A DNA stretch of 64,000 nucleotides from Cenarchaeum sp. (lineage in GTDB: Archaea > Thermoproteota > Nitrososphaeria > Nitrososphaerales > Nitrosopumilaceae), in NCBI GenBank assembly GCA_965242695.1, contig CBDESU010000001.1:1184001-1248000 (forward strand). The letters are read 5' to 3'. Below, piece after piece: positions 21,157 through 31,084 of the stretch (position 1 is its first letter; each line of letters begins with the position of its first letter). The notes below the pieces were generated by a model that was given only the letters and a program-made list of their open reading frames with translations, had not been told where the DNA came from and did not search any database. Both the position numbers and the translations under genes were made by a program.

Positions 21157-23391
21157 ATGGGCGGCAAGGCGGCAGGGGAGGAGTCGGGCGCCGGAACGGC
21201 TCGAGGGCCAGCCAAGAGGGGCGCGGATGCAATGGCACGGGGCGCGCACAAAGAGGCGCTGGCCGCGTACGAAGAGGCCGTGCGGACAGACCCCGGCGAT
21301 GCCAGGGGGCATGAGGGGCGCGGCGCGGCGCTGCTCGGCCTCGACCGCGGCAAAAAGTCGCTGGCCGCGTACGAAGAGGCCGTGCGGCTGGATCCAAAGA
21401 GCGCCGCGGCCCATGCCGGGCGCGGCGCGGCCCTCCTCAGGACCGGCCGCAAAAAGGAGGCGCTGGCCGCGTACGAAGAGGCGGCGCGGCTGGACCCCGG
21501 GGACGCCGACGTGCACGGGCGCCGCGGCACGATCCTGGACATCATGGGCCGCGGCAAAGAGGCCGCCGAGGCGTACGGCGAGGCGGCGCGGCTGGACCCG
21601 AACGACGCCGACCGGCATGCGAACCACGGCTACGCCCTGTCCGAGATGGATCGGCACGAAGAGGCGCTCGCCGCGTACGACAGGGCGCTGCGGCTGGACC
21701 CCGGCAACCCCGACAGGATCGAGGCGCGCGGCGCATCCCTGTTCGACCTGGGCCGCGCCGACGAGGCCGTCGAGTCGTTCGAGGAGGCAAGGAGGCTGGA
21801 CCCCGAAAGCGCGGCCAGGCATGTCGGGCGCGCCGAGACCATGGCGATGTACGGCCGCCGCGAAGAGGCCGTCGAGGCGTACGGCGAGGCGGCGCGGCTA
21901 GAGCCCGACGACGCCGAGAGGCACTCGGATCTGGGCGGGGCGCTGCTCGAGGCCGGCCGCCACGAAGAGGCGCTCGCCGCGTACGAAGAGGCCGTGCGGA
22001 TCGACCCCGGCAGCGCCCATGCGCATACCGAGCGCGGCGCGGCGCTGTCGTGGCTCGGCCGCGACGAAGAGTCGCTCGCCGCGTACGAAGAGGCCGTGCG
22101 GATCGACCCAAAGGGGTACGCAGGCCACGAGGGCCGCGGCGCGGCCCTCTCCAAGCTTGGCAGGGAAAAAAAGGCGCTCGCCGCGCTCGACAGGGCGCTG
22201 CGGCTCAACCCGGACAGCGCCGTGTGCCACGAGGAGCGCGGAGGGGCGCTGCACAGCCTCGGCCGCAAAAAAGAGGCGCTCGCCGCATTCGACAGGGCGG
22301 TCAAGCTGCCCGGCTGCCGCCCCTCGGCCCGCCTGCTGCGCGGCACCGTCCTCCTGTCCCTTGGGAGGCACGCCGAGGCCGCGCGAGACCTAGAGGCGGC
22401 CGCATCGGCCGAGCCAGGCGATGCAAAGGCCCGCCTGCTGCTCGGGATCGCGTACAAGGGGGGCGGCCGCGGCAAAAAGGCGCTCGCCGCGCTCGGCGAG
22501 GCGGTCCGGCTTGATCCGCGCGACGCCCACGCAAGGATTGCGCGGGGAAAGTCGCTGCTCGATGCGGGCAGGCACAAGAGGGCGCTTGCCGAGTACTCCG
22601 AGGCCGCGCGCCTAGGCGGCTCGGATGCGGCGGCCCACGAGGGAAGGGGCCGCGCGCTGCTCGCCGCCGGCAGGCACAAGAGGGCGCTTGCCGCATTCGA
22701 CAGGGCGGTGCGGCTTGATCCCGAGATGGCCCAGGCCCACGGCGGAAGGGGAATGGCGCTGTTTGCAGCCGGCAGGTACAAGAGGGCGCTTGCCGCATTC
22801 GACAGGGCGGTGCGGCTTGATCCAAGTATGGCCCAGGCCCACGGCGGAAGGGGGGCCGCGCTGCTCGCCGCCGGCAGGAACAAGAGGGCGCTTGCCGCGC
22901 TCGACAGGGCAGAGTCGCTGGATCCCGGGATCGCCGACGTCCACTTCATGCGCGCCACGGCCCTTACAGGGCTGGATCGCTACGAAGAGGCGCTCGCGGC
23001 GCTCGACAGGGCAGAGTCGCTGGATCCCGGCATCGATGGAATGCGCCTTGCCAGGGCGTCCGTCCTCAGCGGCATGGGCCGGCACGGGGAGGCGCTCGCG
23101 GCGCTCGACGCCATGCTGCGGGCGGACGGGGACGACGCGGCGGCCCACTACCAGCGCGGCATGACCCTCCTCGAGATTGGCAGGGGGGACGAGGCGCTAG
23201 CGGCGCTCGACGAGTCCGAGAGGATCAAGCCCGGTATTGGGCAGGTGGCCTGCGGGCGCGCCCTGGCCCTTGAAAGCCTCGGCCGGCACGGGGAGGCCCT
23301 GGCAGAGGTCGAGAGGGCCGCGCGGATCGATCCCGACGACGGGACGATCGCGGCGGTTCGCGGCGGGCTGGAGAGGCGGCGCGGCGGCTGA
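21157..23391 (+). CDS. Long TPR-repeat protein
   Basis: About 21 TPR units, 744 aa. Confidence 0.93.
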   Translation: MGGKAAGEESGAGTARGPAKRGADAMARGAHKEALAAYEEAVRTDPGDARGHEGRGAALLGLDRGKKSLAAYEEAVRLDPKSAAAHAGRGAALLRTGRKKEALAAYEEAARLDPGDADVHGRRGTILDIMGRGKEAAEAYGEAARLDPNDADRHANHGYALSEMDRHEEALAAYDRALRLDPGNPDRIEARGASLFDLGRADEAVESFEEARRLDPESAARHVGRAETMAMYGRREEAVEAYGEAARLEPDDAERHSDLGGALLEAGRHEEALAAYEEAVRIDPGSAHAHTERGAALSWLGRDEESLAAYEEAVRIDPKGYAGHEGRGAALSKLGREKKALAALDRALRLNPDSAVCHEERGGALHSLGRKKEALAAFDRAVKLPGCRPSARLLRGTVLLSLGRHAEAARDLEAAASAEPGDAKARLLLGIAYKGGGRGKKALAALGEAVRLDPRDAHARIARGKSLLDAGRHKRALAEYSEAARLGGSDAAAHEGRGRALLAAGRHKRALAAFDRAVRLDPEMAQAHGGRGMALFAAGRYKRALAAFDRAVRLDPSMAQAHGGRGAALLAAGRNKRALAALDRAESLDPGIADVHFMRATALTGLDRYEEALAALDRAESLDPGIDGMRLARASVLSGMGRHGEALAALDAMLRADGDDAAAHYQRGMTLLEIGRGDEALAALDESERIKPGIGQVACGRALALESLGRHGEALAEVERAARIDPDDGTIAAVRGGLERRRGG

Positions 23392-23399
23392 CCGTGCGG

Positions 23400-23690
23400 G
23401 GTTGCGCGCGCGGCGCCGCGGCGGGCCAGGCAGGGCGGCCCGGGTCCCGCAGGATGCTGTCGCGCATTGCGCGCCCGGCGGCGCCCTCGGGCCCGGGCTG
23501 GACGGGCTCGCCGGCAGCTGCAAGCGCATCCTCGAGGCGCCCCATGGTCCGCAGGATGCTTGCGCGCATTCCGTGGCCCGTGGAATCTTCGGGTTCGAGG
23601 AGGACCGACTCGGCGGCCGCTGCAAGGGCCTCGTCGTTGCGGCCCGGGGCGCGCGGCGCGGCGCGGCGCATCCGGCAGGCCGCGCGGCGG
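23400..23690 (-). pseudogene. TPR gene remnant
   Basis: GRNDEALAAAAESVLLEPEDSTGHGMRASILRTMGRLEDALAA on the minus strand, no clear start. Confidence 0.55.
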
Positions 23691-23882
23691 GACCCAGCAT
23701 TCCCGGCCCGCCGCATTCCGCGTGCATCCGGCAGGGAGCTGTAGATGCGAGGGGGTGGGGGGCGCATGCGGCACGGCCGGCGCTGCCGCCCTCCCTTCCG
23801 CGCCCTGCCCCCCCCCCCCCCCCCGTCCCCCGCCCGCCATGGGCGGATATCGCAGCAGCCTGAAACTCCCGCCAGCCGCCCG

Positions 23883-24163
23883 CCCGCACTGCATAAATCC
23901 CGACGCGCGGGCCGCGCGTGCATGGGAGGCGGGGCCAAGAAGGGCCGGGGCGGCGGGGATCCAAAGAGATCCCCCCTCCGAGAGGGCCTTCGCGCAGGTC
24001 GGGGGCGCGGATCCCCTTCCCGCGCCGGGCGGCGGCAGCGCCCATGACCGCATGAGGCGGGGAGCGGCCCTGCTCGCCCGCGGCAGGTTCGAGGAGTCGC
24101 TCGCCGAGTGCGACGAGGCCGTGCGGCTGGATCCCCGCGGCTGCAAGGCCCACGGGGTGCGCG
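23883..24163 (+). pseudogene. Truncated duplicate of the promoter and 5' end of TPR gene 26293
   Basis: About 280 bp near-identical to 26254..26533, including ATAAAT and ATG 23922; C6 instead of C5 frameshift; breaks off next to the REase gene end. Confidence 0.88.
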
Positions 24164-24223
24164 TAGAGGGAATGGAGATCGACGGCGAGGCGGCAGTGCT
24201 GGCAGTGAGCGGGCACGGCAAGC

Positions 24224-24733
24224 CTAGTGCGCAGGCGGCATGTTTGCGGCCATCCACCGCGGCAGGTTCTCGATGGGCTCGAGATCGTCCATGTGCTTTG
24301 TCATCTTGTGTGTTATGCCCTGCCCCCTAGCCATTCGCACTAAGCGGCCGGCAGCGCCGGACTCCACAACGCGCTTGGGCCATACGCCAAAGCGCAGGGA
24401 TTCGGGCGACACAGCCAACGCTAGCAGGTAGTCATATCCCACATCTAGGCGTATATGATTGAACTGGAAGCTGCGGTTGCGTCCCTCCGATGCGGTCTTC
24501 ACCTCGAATTTTTTTCCTCCAACTTCTATGTCATACACGCTAGAGCGCGAGCCCATACGGCTCGCCTCGATTCCGTGTCGGCAGAGATAGCGGATCAAAA
24601 ATTGCTCTCCTACCGTGCCCCGTGTCGTATTGTGGAGGTTTCGAAACGCTTCCAACGTTGCTCCTTCCCACATGCCGGTTTTTTCTCTGTACTCCACGAT
24701 GACGTCCAGCATCATGTCGACGGCGTCAGTCAT
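24224..24733 (-). CDS. PD-(D/E)xK restriction endonuclease-like protein
   Basis: GTVGEQF...YDIEVGGKKFEVKTAS...FQFNHIR; 4-nt overlap with the MTase; lower GC. Confidence 0.75.
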   Translation of the reverse strand: MTDAVDMMLDVIVEYREKTGMWEGATLEAFRNLHNTTRGTVGEQFLIRYLCRHGIEASRMGSRSSVYDIEVGGKKFEVKTASEGRNRSFQFNHIRLDVGYDYLLALAVSPESLRFGVWPKRVVESGAAGRLVRMARGQGITHKMTKHMDDLEPIENLPRWMAANMPPAH

Positions 24734-25575
24734 GTTTCAGGCCGCCACAAGCTTCCGGCATTCCCGCGCTTCCAGAACACGAGAAAGTACGAGTGGTTCT
24801 TTCTCGCATGCACCTGCCTAACCATCCTGCTCACGCCCGGCCGGTTCCGCCGGACAACCACGAACATGTCCTCGGCGACAAGGCCCATTTTTTCATAGAT
24901 TTTCATAAGCTCCACGTGCGTGAATCGCTGTCTGTTGGCGCACACCTCGTCCTGACACTTTACGATGAATACGCCGTTGTCCCGCAGTACCCTGCACGCC
25001 TCGGCCCCTGCCTCGTCGTACAGGTCGATCACCGCCTGGTGGTACTTTGAGCAGGTCTGGCCTCCCGAGCCGTTGTTTCTGTAGTGGTGCTCAAACGCCG
25101 CGTGGGTTGCGTGCGCCGTCCCGCCGGGCGAGTGCATGTACGGCGGATCAAGGACGACGCAGTCCACCTCCCCGTCCCCGTATGGAAGGCAGCGGCAGTC
25201 GGTGCCGGTAGATATGTCCGTGGCCTTGACATTGTACAGGCCGCGCGGGACGTTCTTCCAGAATACGCCCTTCCCGTACGTCACGTCGGCCACGGTGCAG
25301 CCCGGCCTTACGTAGAGCCGCAGTATGTCGGGAAACACAACGTCGTTGCCGTCGGTGCTTGCGCTGAGCACAAGATCGTTGGAGGGCCTCCCGTTTCTGA
25401 CGACGCGCCTTCGCCTGGCCGCTCCGCCCCGCGCCGCATCGGTGCCGCCGCCCCCCGAGCCTGCCGGCGCCGACGGGCCCAGTTGCGGGCGACGCAAAGA
25501 GGCCGCATGCCGCGCCCGCGGCGCCGCATGAGCCGCCCTGCCCTTGGCTTCACGGCGGTTCTGCGGCGCCTTCAT
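24730..25575 (-). CDS. DNA amino-methyltransferase (N6-A/N4-C)
   Basis: VADVTYGKGVFW SAM motif followed by VVLDPPY; start ATG 25575 chosen from AATATAATA about 29 nt upstream (alternative 25626). Confidence 0.85.
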   Translation of the reverse strand: MKAPQNRREAKGRAAHAAPRARHAASLRRPQLGPSAPAGSGGGGTDAARGGAARRRRVVRNGRPSNDLVLSASTDGNDVVFPDILRLYVRPGCTVADVTYGKGVFWKNVPRGLYNVKATDISTGTDCRCLPYGDGEVDCVVLDPPYMHSPGGTAHATHAAFEHHYRNNGSGGQTCSKYHQAVIDLYDEAGAEACRVLRDNGVFIVKCQDEVCANRQRFTHVELMKIYEKMGLVAEDMFVVVRRNRPGVSRMVRQVHARKNHSYFLVFWKRGNAGSLWRPET

Positions 25576-26263
25576 GCGGCCGCACCCGCCGCTGGCCGTA
25601 TTATATTGCTTGGGCGCAAGATCCATGATGCCGGCTCCACTCGGCCGGCGTTCGGCGCCAAGATGAGGGGCGAGGCACAAGGGCGGCCAGGGCGCGCCAG
25701 ATCGGCGGCGCGCATGGTGACTCCGCCAAGTCGGCACCATCACAGTTGCGCACCACCGCGCCGCATGCGCCTGCGCCGCCATGGCGAGGCAACACGCGTC
25801 CGCTGCTTTTGGTAGGGCTGTCACGGCAGCAAGATGCCAAGGGCGCTGGCTGTGTGCGCATCACGCACACCGCCCGGGGCAGGCTAATACGATCATAGTG
25901 ACGAGGATGCAGGCGGCGCACAGTGCGCTGCAGAACCTGCCCGGCAGCTGAGGGGCAACGCGGCTGGACGCATGCGGTCAGGATCACAGGTTCGCGGCCC
26001 GGCTGGCGGCGCCTGCGCCGCTGCCACACGCGCCACGAGGCCGTCGGCTGGCGGCGGGCATGCCCCAAGTCGATGCCGCCGCACGAGATTTCCGCGCCGC
26101 CCTGCGCGGGTTCGACTCATACTACGCTCCCATGCCACTATGTAGAGCAGTGCACTCACACGGTCTAAACCGTTGTCGGTTCAATCGCGACCGTGCCCCG
26201 TAGACCCCAGCTGTGCGCCCCGGAAGGCTCGCACCATCCTGGCAGATTGCCCACCCGCACTGC

Positions 26264-26269
26264 ATAAAT
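26264..26269 (+). promoter_or_regulatory. TATA box ATAAAT
   Basis: 29 nt before in-frame ATG 26293. Confidence 0.75.
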
Positions 26270-26292
26270 CCCGACGCGCGGGCCGCGCGTGC

Positions 26293-28305
26293 ATGGGAGG
26301 CGGGGCCAAGAAGGGCCGGGGCGGCGGGGATCCAAAGAGATCCCCCTCCGAGAGGGCCTTCGCGCAGGTCGGGGGCGCGGATCCCCTTCCCGCGCCGGGC
26401 GGCGGCAGCGCCCAGGACCGCATGAGGCGAGGAGCGGCGCTGCTCGCCCGCGGCAGGTTCGAGGAGTCGCTCGCCGAGTGCGACGAGGCCGTTCGGCTGG
26501 ATCCCCGCGGCTGCAAGGCCCACGGGGTGCGCGGCGCCGCCCTGCGCAACCTGGGCCGCGTCGACGAGGCCCTTGCATCGTACGACGAGGCCGCGCGGCT
26601 AGAGCCCCGCGGCGCGCCGTGGCACATGGGGAGGGGCAGCGTCCTGCTGGATATGGGCAGGTACGGGGAGGCGCTTGCGGCGTACGGCGAGGGCGCGCGG
26701 CTCGGCCCCGGCATCTCGGCAGGCCACGAGGGGATGGGCAGGGCGCTGCTCGGCCTCGGGCGGTTCGAGGAGGCGCTCGCCGCGTTCGACGAGTCTGCGC
26801 GGCTGGATCCCAAGACTTTTGACAGCTACGAGGGGAGGGGCAGGGCGCTGCTCGGCCTCGGCAGGGCCGATGACGCGCTCGCCGCGTTCGACGAGGCCGT
26901 GCAGCGGGGTCCCCGCAGGCCGGCCTGCCACGAGGGGAGGGGCAGGGCGCTGCTCGGCCTCGGCAGGTCAAAGGGCGCGCTCGCGTCGTTCGACAGGGCC
27001 GCGCGCCTGGACCCGGGCAGCGCCGAGGCGCACGAGGGGCGCGGCCTGGCGCTGCTCGGCCTCGGCAGGCTGGAAGAGGCCCTTGCCGCGTGCAGGGAGG
27101 CGGCGCAGCTAGAGCCGGAAAGCGCCGCGATGCGAAAGGCGCTCGGCGCCGTGCTGCTCGACATGGGGCGCCTCAAGGGGGCGCTGTCCGAGATCAACAG
27201 GGCCGTGCGGCTCGAGCCCGGCGCCGCGGGCGCGCCGGCCCTCGTCCTGCGCGGCAGCATCCTTATGGCCATGTCTCGGTATGGCAGGGCCGCGCGCGAC
27301 TTTAGGAGCGCCGCGAGGCTGGACCCGGGCAGCGCCGAGGCGCACGTGCGGCTCGGGGCGGCGTACGGGATGCTCGGCAGGCACAAGATGGCGATCGCAT
27401 CGATAGGGAGTGGGATTCGCATCGACCCGAAGGACCCGCGCTCGCACGTGGCCCGCGGCAAGGCGCTGCTCTGGGCCGGCCGCGCCGGCAAGTCCCTTGC
27501 CGCGTTCGACGAGGCCGCGCGGCTGGATCCGCAAATGGCCGCCGCCCGCGAGGGGAGGGGGCAGGCGCTGCTCAAGGCAGGCAGGCGTAAGAGGGCGCTC
27601 GCCGCGTTCGACGAGGCGCTGCGGCTCGAGCCCCGCTCCTCGGCGGCCCACCTGGGCAGGGGCCACGCGCTGCTTGCGCTCGGCAGGCGCAAAAAGGCGG
27701 CCGCCGCGCTCAAGGAGGCGGCGCGGCTAGAGCCCCGCGGCGCGCCGGTGCAGCAGATAGTCGGCCGGACGCTGCTCGGGATGAACCGGCACAGGGGGGC
27801 GCTGGCCGCGTTCACAAGGGCCGCATCGCTCGAGCCCGGCTCGTGCGCCAACCACCTGGGCAGGGGCGAGGCGCTGCTTGCGCTCGGCAGGCGCGAAGAG
27901 GCGCTGGATGCTCTCAAGAGGGCCGCATCGCTCGATCCGGACAGTGCCGAGGCGCGGTTCCGGCTCGGCTCGGCCCTCTCCGATGCCGGGCGCCGCGAAG
28001 AGGCGCTTGCCGAGTTTGACGAGGCCGCGCGGATCGAGCCCCGCATCGCGATGGCCCACTATCGGCGCGGCATGGAGCTGATCGGCCTCGGCAGGCACAA
28101 AGAGGCGCTCGCCGCCCTAGACGAGGCGGCCCGACTCGAGCCCGGGGAGGTGAGCATCCGCATATCGCGCGCAACCGCGCTAGTCGGCCTCGGCAGGGTG
28201 CAGGATGCGCGGGGCGCCCTCGACGAGGCGGCACGGATCGATCCTGGCAACGATGAGATAGCCAGGACGCGCAGGGAGCTGGACAGGATTGCGGACGGGC
28301 GGTAG
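26293..28305 (+). CDS. Long TPR-repeat protein
   Basis: About 18 TPR units. Confidence 0.92.
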   Translation: MGGGAKKGRGGGDPKRSPSERAFAQVGGADPLPAPGGGSAQDRMRRGAALLARGRFEESLAECDEAVRLDPRGCKAHGVRGAALRNLGRVDEALASYDEAARLEPRGAPWHMGRGSVLLDMGRYGEALAAYGEGARLGPGISAGHEGMGRALLGLGRFEEALAAFDESARLDPKTFDSYEGRGRALLGLGRADDALAAFDEAVQRGPRRPACHEGRGRALLGLGRSKGALASFDRAARLDPGSAEAHEGRGLALLGLGRLEEALAACREAAQLEPESAAMRKALGAVLLDMGRLKGALSEINRAVRLEPGAAGAPALVLRGSILMAMSRYGRAARDFRSAARLDPGSAEAHVRLGAAYGMLGRHKMAIASIGSGIRIDPKDPRSHVARGKALLWAGRAGKSLAAFDEAARLDPQMAAAREGRGQALLKAGRRKRALAAFDEALRLEPRSSAAHLGRGHALLALGRRKKAAAALKEAARLEPRGAPVQQIVGRTLLGMNRHRGALAAFTRAASLEPGSCANHLGRGEALLALGRREEALDALKRAASLDPDSAEARFRLGSALSDAGRREEALAEFDEAARIEPRIAMAHYRRGMELIGLGRHKEALAALDEAARLEPGEVSIRISRATALVGLGRVQDARGALDEAARIDPGNDEIARTRRELDRIADGR

Positions 28306-28524
28306 GGGCTGCAGGGGCGGCAGCATGCCGCGGCCACTGTGCGCCGCGTCGGGTCGTGGCGGGGAGCAAAGCGGGCCGCGGGCGGCACGCGGCCGCATGC
28401 CGGCCCCCCCCCCTCCCCCTTGCGCCGCGCCAGGCCCGATGCGCGGGCGGGCCGGCGCCGCGCAGCCGTCCCCTCCCCCCTCTCCCCGCCGCACTGTCCG
28501 CGGCACCCCCGAAGTACGACGGAT

Positions 28525-28563
28525 TCATACCGTATGACTAAGTGAAAAATACAACAGTTAAAT
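28525..28563 (+). promoter_or_regulatory. Palindrome TCATAC-C-GTATGA plus TATA box TTAAAT
   Basis: Perfect inverted repeat 28525-28537; TTAAAT at 28558 is 28 nt before GTG 28586. Confidence 0.6.
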
Positions 28564-28585
28564 ACAACTACATGGGCGCCCCTGC

Positions 28586-30868
28586 GTGGGCAGGGACAGG
28601 TACAGGTATCCGATCACGTCGCACATGATCAAGCAGGGCCTGCACGACGCGATCGTGAGGGCCGCCGAGAACAAGAGCGAATCGGGCGGCACGAACCCGC
28701 GCATCAAGAGGAGCATAGTCATCGAATCGATGTCGGTCGCCGAAATGATCATGAAGGATGCGATCGAGGAGTACCGGAGGCGCAGGGGCGGCGACAAGCC
28801 CGTGGACGTGTTCGTAGAGGATGTCGGGGCCGAGGCGTCGGTTCCCCAGGCGCGCATCGATGCGGCGATGCAGGTCCGGATGACCCTAGCCGCCTTCAGG
28901 GACGCGGCAGTCCAGTGCAGGATGCGCCCCATGGTGGAGCTGCTCGACAGCGAGGACGGCTCGCGGGGCGTAAAGTCCATGGCCGACCAGCGGCACGGCT
29001 ACATCCACTCGTTCTCGAGGGATCCCGCCGACGACGGCGCCGCATGCAGGACGGTCGACGCGATGCTCGTCGCCGCGTTCGACGGACGCCCTGCAGAGAT
29101 GGCCGCAACCCGGCTCATAGAGGGCATCCACATGGAGGCGGCGGGGCGCATCGAAGAGGCCATGGCCGCGCACCGGGCGGCCCTGGAGGTATGCCGCGAC
29201 TACCTGGCAGGCGGTGGGAGGGAGGCCTGGGCGCACCTCTGCGCCGGCCATGCGCTGTCCCACCTGGGGCGCGATGACGAGTCCGAGGCGGCGTTCCACA
29301 GGGCCGTTCGGGCGGATCCGAGCGGCCCCGGCGCGCACCTGCAGCTCGGCCACCTGGCGCTGCTCGGCGGCAGGTATCATGATGCCGACAGGATGTATTC
29401 GAGGGCCATCGAGCTGGACCCGTCGTATTCCCCGGCGCGCGTGTTCAGGGGGCATGCGCGGCTCATGGTCAAGGGATCCGACGGCAGGCTCGCGCTGCTG
29501 GAGTACGACCTGGGGCTCGCGCTGGATCCCCACGACATATCGGGGCACGTTGGGCGGGGGCTGTCGCTTGCCAGGCGCGGCCTGCACGGCGAGGCCGCCG
29601 CGCACTTTGAGAGGGCGATAGGCATCGACCCCGACGACGCCGCCTCGTACGTGGCCCTCGGCCACGCAAGGGCCGCAGAGGGCAGGGATGCCGAGGCCGG
29701 CGATGCGTACGGAAAGGCGATAGAGGTCGGCTCCGGGACCGCGGCATGGTTTGCCCTGTCAAGCGTCAGGATCGACCGGGCGGCCCGCATGAGGCACAGG
29801 CTGGGAGGCGTGTCGGCGCACCTTGGAATGGCAGGCGTCCTTTTCAGGGCCGGCCGCCACGAGGAGGCGCTGAAGCACTACAGGGAGGCGGCAGCCCTCG
29901 ACGGCGGCAGCGCCGGCGCGCATGCAGGCGCTGGAAGGATGCTGAGCATTCTCGGGCAGTGGGAGGAGGCCGTCCCGGCGTACCGCGAGGCGATAGGGAT
30001 CGATCCGCGCAACGCGGAGGCGCGGCGGGGGCTGGCCGACTCGCTCTCAAAGTCGGGGCGGTTCGAGGAGGCCGTCCCGGCGTACCGCGAGGCGATAGGG
30101 ATCGATCCGCGCAACGCGGAGGCGCGGCGGGGGCTGGCCGACTCGCTCTCAAAGTCGGGGCGGTTCGAGGAGGCCGTCCCGGCGTACCGCGAGGCGATAG
30201 GGATCGATCCGCGCAACGCGGAGGCGCGGCGGGGGCTGGCCGACTCGCTCTCAAAGTCGGGGCGGTTCGAGGAGGCCGTCCCGGCGTACCGCGAGGCGAT
30301 AGGGATCGATCCGCGCAACGCGGAGGCGCGGCGGGGGCTGGCCGACTCGCTCTCAAAGTCGGGGCGGTTCGAGGAGGCCGTCCCGGCGTACCGCGAGGCG
30401 ATAGGGATCGATCCGCGCAACGCGGAGGCGCGGCGGGGGCTGGCCGACTCGCTCTCAAAGTCGGGGCGGTTCGAGGAGGCCGTCCCGGCGTACCGCGAGG
30501 CGATAGGGATCGATCCGCGCAACGCGGAGGCGCGGCGGGGGCTGGCCGACTCGCTCTCAAAGTCGGGGCGGTTCGAGGAGGCCGTCCCGGCGTACCGCGA
30601 GGCGATAGGGATTGATCCGCGCAACGCGGAGGCGCGGCGGGGGCTGGCCGACTCGCTCTCAAAGTCGGGGCGGTTCGAGGAGGCCGTCCCGGCGTACCGC
30701 GAGGCGATAGGGATCGATCCGCGCAACGCGGAGGCGCGGCGGGGGCTGGCCCACGCGCTGTCCATGACGGGCAGGAGTGCAGAGGCGCGGCGGGAATACG
30801 AGCGCGCCGCGGCGCTCGATCCCGCGGAGCGAGATCGCGCCAGGAGACCCAACGATTGGGGCGCATAG
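28586..30868 (+). CDS. Putative HEPN-domain + TPR-array fusion protein
   Basis: Non-TPR helical N-terminal ~170 aa with SIVIESMSVAE and RHGYIH (Rx4H), then about 16 TPR units; TPR part certain, HEPN inferred. Confidence 0.7.
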   Translation: MGRDRYRYPITSHMIKQGLHDAIVRAAENKSESGGTNPRIKRSIVIESMSVAEMIMKDAIEEYRRRRGGDKPVDVFVEDVGAEASVPQARIDAAMQVRMTLAAFRDAAVQCRMRPMVELLDSEDGSRGVKSMADQRHGYIHSFSRDPADDGAACRTVDAMLVAAFDGRPAEMAATRLIEGIHMEAAGRIEEAMAAHRAALEVCRDYLAGGGREAWAHLCAGHALSHLGRDDESEAAFHRAVRADPSGPGAHLQLGHLALLGGRYHDADRMYSRAIELDPSYSPARVFRGHARLMVKGSDGRLALLEYDLGLALDPHDISGHVGRGLSLARRGLHGEAAAHFERAIGIDPDDAASYVALGHARAAEGRDAEAGDAYGKAIEVGSGTAAWFALSSVRIDRAARMRHRLGGVSAHLGMAGVLFRAGRHEEALKHYREAAALDGGSAGAHAGAGRMLSILGQWEEAVPAYREAIGIDPRNAEARRGLADSLSKSGRFEEAVPAYREAIGIDPRNAEARRGLADSLSKSGRFEEAVPAYREAIGIDPRNAEARRGLADSLSKSGRFEEAVPAYREAIGIDPRNAEARRGLADSLSKSGRFEEAVPAYREAIGIDPRNAEARRGLADSLSKSGRFEEAVPAYREAIGIDPRNAEARRGLADSLSKSGRFEEAVPAYREAIGIDPRNAEARRGLADSLSKSGRFEEAVPAYREAIGIDPRNAEARRGLAHALSMTGRSAEARREYERAAALDPAERDRARRPNDWGA
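29963..30751 (+). repeat. 102-bp tandem repeat x7.7 (one TPR unit)
   Basis: Units at 29963, 30065, 30167, 30269, 30371, 30473, 30575, 30677; only one synonymous difference seen (30613). Confidence 0.97.
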
Positions 30869-31084
30869 CGCCGCAAGCGAGTGACACGCGCGCCGGTGTA
30901 GATCACATCCTCGTGCAACGTGGCAAAAAAAACGCCCCGGTTTTGGCGCTTGTCAGCCCCCCCTCCCTCCCAGAGACCACGCAGTTAATCTTTGCCCAAA
31001 AACCGATTAAATTGGAAGCCTTATCCCAGGTGCCCGAAGTGGGGACAGTGCCAGACTAAAAAACATCAGATGATTCCAATGCAT

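Noticed and set aside
26100-26200. tRNA fragment or att site (GGGTTCGACTC at 26108)
   Set aside because: No cloverleaf and no match to the tRNA-Asn 3' end
29963-30751. CRISPR array
   Set aside because: Units are contiguous identical 102-mers with no unique spacers, in frame within a CDS; no cas genes seen
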